Below, in pieces: positions 28,025 through 37,208 of a stretch of 64,000 nucleotides of DNA; the stretch's first letter is position 1, and each line of letters starts with the position of its first letter. This DNA comes from an uncultured Dehalococcoidia bacterium (GTDB lineage: Bacteria; Chloroflexota; Dehalococcoidia; Lucifugimonadales; UBA1123). The stretch is taken from positions 1,941,800-2,005,799 of the forward strand of contig OY282441.1 in the NCBI GenBank assembly GCA_958296105.1. The letters are read 5' to 3'. A program made the translations under genes and the position numbers. The notes under the pieces are model-generated. The model saw only the letters and a list, made by a program, of their open reading frames with translations. It had not been told where the DNA came from and made no database searches.

Positions 28025-28294
28025 ATGATTTCACGTCTGTTCCAACTATTCAAGAAGCGCTCTCTGGGCTGTCCGGAAGTCCGCGCGCTGGCTTCCGACT
28101 TCATGGATGGCGACCTGAGCAAACGGGTATCCTCCAAGATCGAATCGCACATTGAGCTGTGCGCCGCCTGCGCCGCGTTCGTCAGGACGATGAGAGCCAC
28201 CGTGCAGATGCTGAGCGCGATGCCGCGATCCACACTTCCGCCCGGCTTCGGCGAGCGGCTGTCCGAGCGGCTGAGCGGTGAGCGAGGGCAGTAG
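28025..28294 (+). CDS. Soluble zf-HC2 (ZAS-type) putative anti-sigma factor
   Basis: About 89 aa. GCPEVRALASDFMDGDLS...ESHIELCAACAAF gives the C...HxxxCxxC pattern. There is no TM helix. The gene is divergent from the ECF sigma gene, and its start is uncertain. Confidence 0.7.
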   Translation: MISRLFQLFKKRSLGCPEVRALASDFMDGDLSKRVSSKIESHIELCAACAAFVRTMRATVQMLSAMPRSTLPPGFGERLSERLSGERGQ

Positions 28295-28304
28295 GGATGC
28301 GCCT

Positions 28305-30128
28305 GTGAAGATCGCCGTCTGCATAAAGCAGGTACCAGTCGTCTCGATGCTGAAGTTCGACGGCGAAACGCGGCGAGTGGCGCGCGAGGGTGTGCCGAGC
28401 GAGGTCAACCCCTACGACGTCCTCGCCCTTTCGCTGGCGATGAACCTGAAGGCGCGGCGCGATGTCGAGGTCGTGGCGATCACCATGGGGCCGCCGCAGG
28501 CGAGCGAGGCGCTCACACAGGCGCTCGCGCTGGGAGTGGACAGAGCCATCCACCTGAACGATCGCGCGTTCGCAGGCTCGGATACGCTCGCCACCGCCCG
28601 CGCCCTGTCTCTGGCGCTGGAACGCGAAGCTCCCGACCTCATCGTCTGCGGACGCAACAGCACGGACGCAGAGACCGGACAGGTGGGGCCCGAGATCGCC
28701 GAGATGCTCGGCTTGCCGCAGATTACGGCTGTCTCCGCGCTCGCGCTGAACGGCGACTCGATCAGTGCCACGCGCCTGACCGACGAGGGACATCAGTATC
28801 TCGAATGCCGCCTGCCCGCAGTCGTCACGGTCACGGACGGCGCGGCGGCGGAGGTCTATCCGCGCCGCGAGCGCATGGAGGCGGCGCGCTCCATGCCAAT
28901 CGAGACGCTCGCCGCCGCAGACCTGTCGGACGATCTCAGCGTGTTCGGGCTGGACGGCTCGCCCACGTGGGTGGACGAGATATTCACGCTCGAATCCAGT
29001 CGGCTCGGCTTCGTGGCGCGCGACGTTTCGCCCGAAGATGCCGTGTCGCAGCTCGTGGAGTTCTTGGACGAGCGCGGCGTCCTCAGCGGCGAGCGCGCGT
29101 CCGAGAGCGCGGGCATGGCGAGGGGGCCGAGAGCCGAGCGCGGAGGCACGGCAGCGATCTGGGTGGCGGCCGAGATAATGGGCGGCGAGGTGCGCCCGGT
29201 CACGTTCGAGCTTCTGGGTCGATCCAGAGAGCTTGCGGCGCAGATCGGAGCTTCTGTCGAAGCCGTCCTAATTGGCGAGGCAGACGACGCCCACGTTCGC
29301 CAGCTTACCGCGTATGGCGCGGATACGGTTCACCTAGCCAGCGGATCGGAGCTTGCCGAGTACGATGCGGAGTCGCACACCGCCGCGCTCGCCGCCGCCA
29401 TTCGCCAGCATTCGCCGTTCGCCGTGCTGATCCCATCCACCGCCAACGGGCGCGACTTGGCGGCGAGGCTGGCGGGGCGGCTGAAGCTGGGGCTGACCGG
29501 AGACTGCGTTGGCTTGGACATCGGCGAAGATGGGCGGCTGGCGCAGCTGAAGCCCGCGTTCGGGGGCAGCATAGTCGCTCCGATACTGTCGAGAACGCTC
29601 CCCAACATGGCAACCGTCAGGCCCGGCATACTCACGCCATGCGCGCCGGACTACTCCATCGAGCCTGTGGTCAATCGGCTGGACGTCGGCCACGTCGCGC
29701 GCTCGCGTGTCAGGGTGGTCGGCAGCGTGGCGGACGAGTCCGCCGAGGGCGCGGAGCTGGAACGCGCTTCCCGAATCGTCGCCGTGGGCAAGGGCATAGG
29801 CGGCCCCGACGCCCTCGATACGATGCGCGACTTGGCGGATACGCTCGGCGCGTCCATCGGCGCCACCAGAGACGTGGCAGATCTGGGCTGGCTGCCGCGC
29901 CAGCTTCAGATCGGGCTGTCCGGCAAGGCGGTCGCGCCCGATCTTTACGTGGCAGTTGGCGTTCGCGGCCCATTCAACCACACGGTCGGAATCCAGAGGT
30001 CGGGAACGGTCGTCGCCATCAACAACAGCGCGCGCGCCCAGATATTCCGCGCCTCGGACTTCGGCATACTCGCAGACTGGCGCGAGGTCGTCCCGCCGCT
30101 GATCTCGGCGCTGAAGTCACGCACTTGA
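28305..30128 (+). CDS. Electron transfer flavoprotein beta-alpha fusion (EtfB-EtfA)
   Basis: The N-terminal half is VKIAVCIKQVPVVSMLKFD...NPYDVLALSLAM...GRNSTDAETGQVGP (EtfB). The C-terminal half is IWVAAEIMGGEVRPVTFELLG...AVGKGIGGPD...GLSGKAVAPDLYVAVGVRG (EtfA). The start is GTG at 28305 or 28278. Confidence 0.9.
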   Translation: MKIAVCIKQVPVVSMLKFDGETRRVAREGVPSEVNPYDVLALSLAMNLKARRDVEVVAITMGPPQASEALTQALALGVDRAIHLNDRAFAGSDTLATARALSLALEREAPDLIVCGRNSTDAETGQVGPEIAEMLGLPQITAVSALALNGDSISATRLTDEGHQYLECRLPAVVTVTDGAAAEVYPRRERMEAARSMPIETLAAADLSDDLSVFGLDGSPTWVDEIFTLESSRLGFVARDVSPEDAVSQLVEFLDERGVLSGERASESAGMARGPRAERGGTAAIWVAAEIMGGEVRPVTFELLGRSRELAAQIGASVEAVLIGEADDAHVRQLTAYGADTVHLASGSELAEYDAESHTAALAAAIRQHSPFAVLIPSTANGRDLAARLAGRLKLGLTGDCVGLDIGEDGRLAQLKPAFGGSIVAPILSRTLPNMATVRPGILTPCAPDYSIEPVVNRLDVGHVARSRVRVVGSVADESAEGAELERASRIVAVGKGIGGPDALDTMRDLADTLGASIGATRDVADLGWLPRQLQIGLSGKAVAPDLYVAVGVRGPFNHTVGIQRSGTVVAINNSARAQIFRASDFGILADWREVVPPLISALKSRT

Positions 30129-30183
30129 GAGCGCGGCAGTGGTACAATCTCCGCGAACCCCACCAAATCTAGGAGGCAGACAA

Positions 30184-30387
30184 ATGGCAGACGTAACCAT
30201 CACCCCCCGCGCCAACGGCCCGCTCATGGTGCAGGGCGACTTCAAGATAGTAGACGCGCAGGGCAACGAGTACAGCGTATCCGGAGACGTGGTGACGCTG
30301 TGCCGCTGCGGAGAGAGTAGCGAGAAGCCATTCTGCGACGGCAGCCACAGGCCCGCCGGCTTCGAGGCATCCAGCGAGGCGCGCTAG
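30184..30387 (+). CDS. CDGSH iron-sulfur domain protein
   Basis: 67 aa. An ATG follows aggagg. The CRCGESSEKPFCDGSH motif is present. Confidence 0.85.
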   Translation: MADVTITPRANGPLMVQGDFKIVDAQGNEYSVSGDVVTLCRCGESSEKPFCDGSHRPAGFEASSEAR

Positions 30388-30434
30388 CGGCGATAAGCTG
30401 CCAGAATCGGGATGGGCAGGAATGATCTGATCTA

Positions 30435-30460
30435 GGGGCGGCTTCCAAACCCGCCCCTTT
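30435..30460 (+). terminator. Rho-independent-like terminator after the CDGSH gene
   Basis: ggggcgg-cttccaaac-ccgcccc followed by ttt. Confidence 0.5.
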
Positions 30461-30698
30461 GGGTTCGCCCGCCCGACCTTGCAGGCATCCGCCCGCGCCG
30501 CCGCGCCGTTCCCCAGCTCGCGGATCGTCTTCTCCTCTGAGCAGGCGACGCCCCGCATTGCGAGAACGGCGACGCTTCGGCTGTCGCCGTTTTTGCGCGA
30601 AGATGCCTGTGCGCTCCGGCGCTCGACTCTCTCCAGCGGCATCTCCTCCCTGCGCTCTACCTGCGCCCCAATCTGCGATGGGCTGGATGGGAAACAGG

Positions 30699-32219
30699 TC
30701 AGCCCCACGTTGGAGGGCGGTACTGAAGCGCCTCGGCAACGTGGGATACGCCGATAGTGTCGGCGGCAGACAGGTCTGCGATGGTTCGCGCCAGCTTCAG
30801 CACCCGATGATAGACTCGCGCCGACAGGTGCATCCGCTCCATAGCCGACCTCACCAGCGCAGACGCCTGATCTTCTAGCGCGCAGAACTCGTACACCTCG
30901 TTCGGCCCCATTTCGGAGTTGGTGATCAGGCTCGCATCCTCGAATCGCTTTCTCTGCGCCTCCCTCGCCAGCTCCGTCCTGCGCCGTACAGAGCCGGAAT
31001 TTTCAGCCTGCGCGGGCGTCGCCAGCTTGTCGTACTCCACACGCGGCACACTCACGAAGATGTCGATTCTGTCGAGCATTGGGCCGCTGATGCGCTTGCC
31101 GTATCTGGTCACCTCCGAGGGCGAGCATGTGCATTCTCGATGTTCGTCTCCGAAGTAGCCGCATGGACAGGGATTCATCGCGCCGACCAGCATGAAGTTG
31201 GCGGGGAAGGTCACGGTTCCGCGCGCGCGGCTGATCACAACGCGCTTGTCCTCCAGCGGCTGGCGCATCGCCTCTAGGATGCGATGACCGAACTCCGGCA
31301 GCTCGTCCAAGAACAGCACCCCGCGATGGCTCAGGCTGATCTCGCCCGGCCCGGGTATGTTCCCGCCGCCAACGAGTCCCGCATACGATATCGTGTGGTG
31401 CGGCGACCTGAACGGGCGCGCGGTGATCAGCGGATCGTCCTTCGGCAGCGCCCCGGCCACGGAGTACACCTTCGTAACCTCTATGGCTTCCTCATGGGTC
31501 AGGCGAGGCAGTATAGACGGCAGCGCGCGCGCCAGCAGCGTCTTGCCCGAGCCGGGCGGGCCGCTCATCAGCACGTTGTGGCTTCCTGCCGCCGCTACCT
31601 CCAGCGCGCGCTTGGCGTGTTCTTGGCCTCGCACGCTCGATATGTCGAACGCCGACTCGGGCGGAGCATCCCTCGCCGAAGATCCGTCCAGCTCGACGGG
31701 AGCGATTGGACTCTCCCCGCGCAGGTGTCGGATGAGCGCGCCAAGATTGGCTACCGGCAGCACCTCGATCCCCTCGACCAGCGCGGCCTCGTGGCCGTCG
31801 GACGCGGGGACGAACACGCGCTCTACGCCCGACTCTCTGGCGAGGGCCGCCATAGGAAGAATTCCGTCCGTGTGCAGCACGTCTCCGTTGAGTGAGAGCT
31901 GCCCCATGAACATGGCGTCATTCGGCACGTCTTCGATCTGACCGGAGCTGTTGAGCAGCGCCACTGCCAGCGGCAGATCGTAGGTGGAGCCTGCCTTGCG
32001 CACGTCCGCAGGCGCAAGATTGGCGGTGATGCGCCGAAGCGGGAACTCGCAGCCAGAGTTTCGGATCGCGGCTCGAACCCGCGCCCGCGCCTCCTGCACC
32101 GCCGTATCCGGCAGTCCCACGAGATCGAAGCGGGGCAGACCGGGCGAGATGTCCACCTCCACGTCCACCACGAAGCCATCTAGGCCCACGACTGCGCACG
32201 ACTTGGCTTTCGCCAGCAA
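30699..32219 (-). CDS. comM: YifB/ComM family Mg-chelatase-like AAA+ ATPase
   Basis: 506 aa. The N-terminus MLAKAKSCAVVGLDGFVVDVEVDIS is Lon-like. The Walker A is MSGPPGSGKT, followed by GVLFLDELPEF, and the C-terminal part is LSARVYHRVLKLARTIADL. Confidence 0.92.
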   Translation of the reverse strand: MLAKAKSCAVVGLDGFVVDVEVDISPGLPRFDLVGLPDTAVQEARARVRAAIRNSGCEFPLRRITANLAPADVRKAGSTYDLPLAVALLNSSGQIEDVPNDAMFMGQLSLNGDVLHTDGILPMAALARESGVERVFVPASDGHEAALVEGIEVLPVANLGALIRHLRGESPIAPVELDGSSARDAPPESAFDISSVRGQEHAKRALEVAAAGSHNVLMSGPPGSGKTLLARALPSILPRLTHEEAIEVTKVYSVAGALPKDDPLITARPFRSPHHTISYAGLVGGGNIPGPGEISLSHRGVLFLDELPEFGHRILEAMRQPLEDKRVVISRARGTVTFPANFMLVGAMNPCPCGYFGDEHRECTCSPSEVTRYGKRISGPMLDRIDIFVSVPRVEYDKLATPAQAENSGSVRRRTELAREAQRKRFEDASLITNSEMGPNEVYEFCALEDQASALVRSAMERMHLSARVYHRVLKLARTIADLSAADTIGVSHVAEALQYRPPTWG

Positions 32220-32303
32220 TTCTCACCTCCTGATCGACTCGACAGCGTTCATGCTATATCCTACTCGGCGAGCGGTCAATCGAGTCGATCAGGGGCTAGG
32301 GCG
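32104..32303. repeat. Direct repeat copy A: comM codons about 20-38 plus the comM upstream region (contains a 13-bp inverted repeat gatcgactcga/tcgagtcgatc)
   Basis: It aligns with 33058..33183, except for about 74 nt (the first comM codons) that are missing in copy B between the tccacct and tcacct junctions. Confidence 0.8.
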
Positions 32304-32311
32304 AACCATGA

Positions 32312-32956
32312 ATGAGCGGCGCTGATATCCCCACACAGATCCTTCTGGTTCTCTTCTCGACCATTGTCCTTGGTCCACTCTTCCTAATTGCCGCCATGCC
32401 GCTGGGGGCTTTACTGTCTCCGTTCGCCGCGTTGACATGCGCTCTGCGGGCTCGTTCCATGGGACTGTCGGCGGGACGTTACGCCGCGATTGGAGCTTTG
32501 TATTCGACATTGCTCTTCCTGCCGTTCTGCTACCTCGTACTGCGAATGTACGACAAGACTGTTTCAAGCGCATTCGTCAGGGCAGGCTATTTCATTCTCT
32601 ACACGGTGTGGTTCTTGACATCGATAGTGGGAACTTCGGTGGCAGCGTTTTTCACCGGTCTCACAGCCTTTGGGACTGATCACTCAGCGGGAACTGTAGC
32701 AGCGCTTGGCGGCGATCCCCTAGTCGTTCCCACAGCAGTTGGCGCAGCAGTGTTTTGTACACTAATCATTCTACTCTGCGCCAATACTGCTGCATGGATA
32801 CTGTCGATGACTGGATTAGTGCGTTTCCACAAGAATTCTGCGCAGAACAGCGGAATTCTCCCTCACAGAGCATACATAATGCCCTTTGCATACGCGCTAG
32901 GTTGGATCATAGCAGGCGTAATAGGATTGCTTGCGATGGGAATGCTATTTCGATAG
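32312..32956 (+). CDS. Hypothetical polytopic membrane protein, lower GC, bracketed by the direct repeats
   Basis: 214 aa with about 6 hydrophobic segments. Several 60-nt lines are near 50% G+C. Confidence 0.6.
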   Translation: MSGADIPTQILLVLFSTIVLGPLFLIAAMPLGALLSPFAALTCALRARSMGLSAGRYAAIGALYSTLLFLPFCYLVLRMYDKTVSSAFVRAGYFILYTVWFLTSIVGTSVAAFFTGLTAFGTDHSAGTVAALGGDPLVVPTAVGAAVFCTLIILLCANTAAWILSMTGLVRFHKNSAQNSGILPHRAYIMPFAYALGWIIAGVIGLLAMGMLFR

Positions 32957-33057
32957 ACGAGCGCGCATGACGTTGGCAAACGAGCAAGAAGCAGCATCGC
33001 TATGATTGGCTGCGGGCAGCGCGTTTCGACCAGCGCGATCTCGTGGCAGTCACCACT

Positions 33058-33183
33058 GTATCCCGCAGTCCGACGAGATCGAATCGGGGCAGACAGGGCA
33101 GGATGTCCACCTGATCGACTCGACAGCGTTCATGCTGTGTCCTGCTCGGCGAGCGGTCAATCGAGTCGATCAGGGGCTGGGCG
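33058..33183. repeat. Direct repeat copy B: degenerate partial duplicate of the comM 5' end and upstream hairpin region
   Basis: gtatcccgcagtccgacgagatcgaatcggggcagacagggcaggatgtccacctgatcgactcgacagcgttcatgctgtgtcctgctcggcgagcggtcaatcgagtcgatcaggggctgggcg, compared with 32104..32303. Confidence 0.8.
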
Positions 33184-33213
33184 CAGTGAGCGGGGAGAGT
33201 GAGACCCTCCCCG

Positions 33214-34455
33214 TTACAGAGCGGTCTTGGGCACCTCTTTTGTGGGGTCGTAGAACGGGACGCGCGTCACTTCGGCATCGACTATGCCGTCCGCCGGCAG
33301 CTGTACGCTGGCACGGCTGCCGCGCCGCCAGTGGGAGCGGGGCATCACTGCCAGCGCGATGTTCGATTCCAGATTGGGAGACCAGAACGCGCTGGTGACG
33401 TAGCCCACGTCGTCGCCGGAGTCGCTGTCCTTGACGAGGTAGAAGTCCTCGTTGTACCAGGTGAGCGGCTCGCCGCCGAGCTTCAGTCCGACCAGACGCT
33501 GCTGGACTCCCTCATCCTTGATTCTGGCGAGCGCGTCTTTGCCTATGAAGTCGTCCTTGTTCAGGTCCACCTGCCAGCCGAGCCGCACCTCGAAGGGGTT
33601 GCTCTCGATGTCCATGTCCTGACCGTAGGACAGGATCCCCGCCTCCAGGCGGCGGACGTGGCTGGGCGCGATGACGCGCAGGCCGAACTCCTCCCCCTGC
33701 TCCAGGATGTGCGGCCAGATGTCGTCCGCGTGGATCATCGAGTCGTGCAGGTATATCTCGAACCCGACCTCGGCGGAGAAGCCAGTGCGCGAAATCGTGA
33801 CCGCGTGGCCGTTCAGCGTGTCGTGGATCAGACCGTAGTACGGTATCTCCCTGACGTGGGCGCCGAACATCTTCTCCATGAGCGCCGCGGACTTGGGCCC
33901 CTGTATCTGGACTGGCGACACGTCGAGCTCGTGTATCTCCACGTTGAACTTGCGGAAGGTGTTGACCCCCTGCGCCCAGAGAAGAAGGTCGGAGTCGGAG
34001 ATGCTGAACCAGAACTCGTCCTCCGCCACGCGGAGCAGAACAGGGTCGTTGACCACGCCCCCGTACTGGTTGCACAGTATCACGTAGCGCGCCTTCATCG
34101 GGGGCAGCAGGGAGTGGACGTCTCGCGTGATGAGCAGGTTCACGAACTCCGCGGCGTCCGGCCCCTTGACCTGTATCTGACGCTCCACCGCCACGTCCCA
34201 CATGCTGACATGCTCGGTCAGGAAGCGGTACTCCTCCATCAGCCCGCCGTCTTCGGGCTTGATGTACGCGCGCGGGTGGTACTGGTGGTTGTACGTGGTG
34301 TATGCCCAGCAGCCGGCGGCCTTGGACATGTGCCACCACGGAGACTTGCGGACGCGGGTGGAGATCAGCATCTGCGCGTCGCTGTTTCCGCTCTGGCGCA
34401 GGTTGATCGGCAGCCGCCGACGCTTTAGCCCGTCTATTATCAGAGATTGAGCCAC
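33214..34455 (-). CDS. Aminomethyltransferase (GcvT) family protein, DmdA-like subgroup
   Basis: A GTG at 34455 lies 7 nt after aggagg. The motifs are STRVRKSPWW..., YTTYNH..., HVSMWDVAVERQIQVKGPDAAEFVNLL, DEFWFSISDSD and VSPVQIQGPKS. Confidence 0.85.
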   Translation of the reverse strand: MAQSLIIDGLKRRRLPINLRQSGNSDAQMLISTRVRKSPWWHMSKAAGCWAYTTYNHQYHPRAYIKPEDGGLMEEYRFLTEHVSMWDVAVERQIQVKGPDAAEFVNLLITRDVHSLLPPMKARYVILCNQYGGVVNDPVLLRVAEDEFWFSISDSDLLLWAQGVNTFRKFNVEIHELDVSPVQIQGPKSAALMEKMFGAHVREIPYYGLIHDTLNGHAVTISRTGFSAEVGFEIYLHDSMIHADDIWPHILEQGEEFGLRVIAPSHVRRLEAGILSYGQDMDIESNPFEVRLGWQVDLNKDDFIGKDALARIKDEGVQQRLVGLKLGGEPLTWYNEDFYLVKDSDSGDDVGYVTSAFWSPNLESNIALAVMPRSHWRRGSRASVQLPADGIVDAEVTRVPFYDPTKEVPKTAL

Positions 34456-34528
34456 CTCGAGACCTCCTTGTAGTGTGAATACGCGCAAAGTCGCAGAGCA
34501 AATCCGCAGGCTGGGGTTGGGGCGAACC

Positions 34529-35272
34529 CTACCCCAGTACCTGCTCGAATCTGAACAGGAGCAGCTCCTGCCCTTTGCCCAGCGTCCAGTAGTAGATCAG
34601 ATAGACTCCCGCGCCCACCATGGCGAGATTGCCTATCGGCTCTATGAGGGGAAAGACCTTTCGCATTGCGGCGGTGACTATCCCCTTGAAGAAGACGATT
34701 CCGAGCGTCGCCGCCACCATGACCGCGCCCATCCCCATTCCGTAGGAGACGGAGCCGATCACGGTATCTATCGCGCCTCCGGCGCTCAGGCTCTGTCCCG
34801 CCACGACTCCCACGGCGGCAAGGAAGATCGGCAGCGCGCAGCTCAGCGAGGCGGTGGCGTAGGCTATCCCGAACAGGAACACCTGCCGAAGCCCTCGCCC
34901 GCCGCCGAGGTTCACGCGGCTGGCTGCCATCAGCCCCAGCTTGCGCCGAGACAGCAGAAGCCAAACGCCGAGCGCGGCGATAGCCACGCCGACCCCAAGC
35001 CCGGCGAATGGCAGGAACTGCCCGATGAGCCTGCCGCCAGCGGCAAGAACCAGACCCACCGCGCCGAATACCACGATGAACCCAGCGGTAGTCGACAGCC
35101 CCATGAGAATAGCGCGCAATCCGGAGATCAGCGGGTTGGAATCCACCTCGGAGGCGTCCAGCTGATAGCCCACGTATGCGGGAAACATCGCAGCCCCGCA
35201 TGGGTTGAACGCCGCCACCAGACCGGCGGAGAAGGCAAAAGCGAGCGGAACATCGAACATCGATCCCTCCAC
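34529..35272 (-). CDS. ccdA: Cytochrome c biogenesis CcdA/DsbD-family thiol-disulfide transporter
   Basis: 247 aa with about 6 TM segments. The conserved motif AFNPCGAAMFPAY is present, and a second Cys lies in ATASLSCALPIF. Confidence 0.85.
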   Translation of the reverse strand: MEGSMFDVPLAFAFSAGLVAAFNPCGAAMFPAYVGYQLDASEVDSNPLISGLRAILMGLSTTAGFIVVFGAVGLVLAAGGRLIGQFLPFAGLGVGVAIAALGVWLLLSRRKLGLMAASRVNLGGGRGLRQVFLFGIAYATASLSCALPIFLAAVGVVAGQSLSAGGAIDTVIGSVSYGMGMGAVMVAATLGIVFFKGIVTAAMRKVFPLIEPIGNLAMVGAGVYLIYYWTLGKGQELLLFRFEQVLG

Positions 35273-35436
35273 TGTCGTTTATCTCAAAAATTATACACCC
35301 GCAATCCTTTAGATGTTGTGGAAATTAGATAAGATTCCAGCGAGCTGGGGCGCTGGCGAAAGCGGTTCACAGCTTGGACGACAAGAGATATACTGTGCGC
35401 AGACCGCATCATAGCTCGCACGGGGAGGAGTTTGGC

Positions 35437-36390
35437 ATGACCACCGCAAGGATTCCATCCGAACAGGAAGTACTCGGATATTTCGACTCGCTCTCCAACT
35501 GGGGCAGGTGGGGCGAGGACGACCAGATGGGGACGCTCAACCTCCTCGGCCCCGACAAGGTCAGGCGCGCCGTGTCCCTCGTGGAAGAGGGGACGACCGT
35601 ATCCTGCGCGCGAACGGTGATGTTCGAGCCGGCGCCGGACATCCCCATTCCGCCCATCCACTTTATGACCGAGAGTGGCGAGGGATGGGCGAGCGGCGAG
35701 AAGGTCACCAGCCGAACGGCGCAGGGTTCGACCGACTTCTTCGGGATGATATTCCACGGCTACGCCATTACCCACGTGGACAGCCTCGCCCATTTCTTCT
35801 GGGAAGGCAAGATGTACAACGGCCAGCCCGCCCATCTGGTGGCGACCGGGCTGGGCGCGACTGTGGAGTCCATCGAGCTGGCGAAGGAGGGCATCGTCAC
35901 GCGCGGCGTGCTGGTCGATGCGCCCATGATTCGCGGCGTGGACTGGCTGGAGCGCGGCGAAGGCGTCATGCCCGAAGACATTCTCGCCGCAGAGGAGCGA
36001 TGCGGCTTCCAGATACAGGAGGGAGATGTCTTGCTCGTTCGCACCGGCAACCTGCATCGGCGCAACGTGGAAGGCCCTTGGAATCCGCGAGAGGAGGGGT
36101 CTTCTGCCTGCCAAGCCGCCTGCCTTCCCCTGTTCCACGAGCGCGGAATCGCCATGATCGGCAGCGACACCGGCAACGACGTAATGCCCACCGGCTACCC
36201 GAGCATGACCAACCCGATCCATCAGGTCGGCATAGTCGCCATGGGCCTGTGGATACTGGACAACGCCAACCTCGAGGAGCTGGCGCAGGCGTGCAGGGAG
36301 CGCGGCCGCTGGGAGTTCATGCTCTCCATAGGGCCGCTGCGTCTGCACAACACGACAGGCTCCCCGGTGAACCCCATAGCGATCTTCTGA
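35437..36390 (+). CDS. Cyclase family protein (kynurenine formamidase-like fold)
   Basis: An ATG at 35437 follows ggggaggag. WGRWGEDDQMGTLN..., ...HGYAITHVDSLAHF and ...GSDTGNDV are putative-cyclase motifs. Confidence 0.85.
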   Translation: MTTARIPSEQEVLGYFDSLSNWGRWGEDDQMGTLNLLGPDKVRRAVSLVEEGTTVSCARTVMFEPAPDIPIPPIHFMTESGEGWASGEKVTSRTAQGSTDFFGMIFHGYAITHVDSLAHFFWEGKMYNGQPAHLVATGLGATVESIELAKEGIVTRGVLVDAPMIRGVDWLERGEGVMPEDILAAEERCGFQIQEGDVLLVRTGNLHRRNVEGPWNPREEGSSACQAACLPLFHERGIAMIGSDTGNDVMPTGYPSMTNPIHQVGIVAMGLWILDNANLEELAQACRERGRWEFMLSIGPLRLHNTTGSPVNPIAIF

Positions 36391-36860
36391 TGGCCGCGCT
36401 CTTGCCGCAGACCAAGCCGCCGGAGGAGGTCAGCCGCTATCTGGGCGCGGACGAACGCCTTGTCTCCAGCTTCGGGCCGTACCACGCCACCTCCCGCCGC
36501 GTCATCCTCGTCATCGAGCGGCGCGGCGCGGCGCGGGTTCACGAGCTGCCGTACACGATTCTGGAGAGCATCACTGAGGTTCGAGCGTCCGACCACAAGA
36601 GGATGATGCTGGGGGCTGCCATCGCCGTCTGCGGGCTGCTCACCCTCTTCGCATGGTACCTGATCGTGCCTGTCATAGCGATCACGGTCGGCATTGTCAC
36701 GCTGTTTCATGGTTCGGTGGGCAGGCCCGCGTACTACCAGCTCAAGGGGCGCGGCATAGAGGGCAAGGACCTTCGCAGATGGCAGGTGCGGCACTACGGC
36801 GCCGGCAGCTTCATAGCCTCCATCAGCGCGATCACCGGCGTAGAGCCGTCCACTGCGTGA
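36390..36860 (+). CDS. Hypothetical membrane protein (PH/YdbS-like topology)
   Basis: 156 aa. The ATG overlaps the cyclase stop (TGATG). The central hydrophobic hairpin is MMLGAAIAVCGLLTLFAWYLIVPVIAITVGIVTLF. Confidence 0.55.
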   Translation: MAALLPQTKPPEEVSRYLGADERLVSSFGPYHATSRRVILVIERRGAARVHELPYTILESITEVRASDHKRMMLGAAIAVCGLLTLFAWYLIVPVIAITVGIVTLFHGSVGRPAYYQLKGRGIEGKDLRRWQVRHYGAGSFIASISAITGVEPSTA

Positions 36861-37208
36861 AGCCGGCGAGCTTCTGTCAGACCCCGCTGGCTGCCCCAGC
36901 GTGAAGACGAGCGCGCTGGCGACTGCGTAGAGCAGGATCAGCGCCACCCCTTCGATGGAGTACGGAGCGCGGCTGCGAATGCCTGTGTTGGGTGTGTGGA
37001 CGCCTGCCACCACCACCGCGGACATGATGATGGCGACGACGGCGGTCAGCAGCAGGTACATCGCCGCCATGAACGCTCCGAACAAGACGAAAGACACGGG
37101 GCTGACGCTCAATCCCGCCGCCACGTCCGACATGCCATGAAGTGCGCGCTCACGAGTATCAGCCCAGCCGCAGCCGCGAGCTGAACCCAGTGAAAGACCA
37201 GTTGCAGA

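Noticed and set aside
36222-37133. 303-aa minus-strand ORF whose first 90 residues or so look like a 2-3 TM membrane protein
   Set aside because: The reading frame has no stop until 36222. It would therefore overlap the convergent 36390..36860 gene by about 470 nt, and it becomes Arg/Gly-rich there. A short membrane protein with a lost stop, or a frameshift, cannot be excluded, but I cannot define a credible gene.
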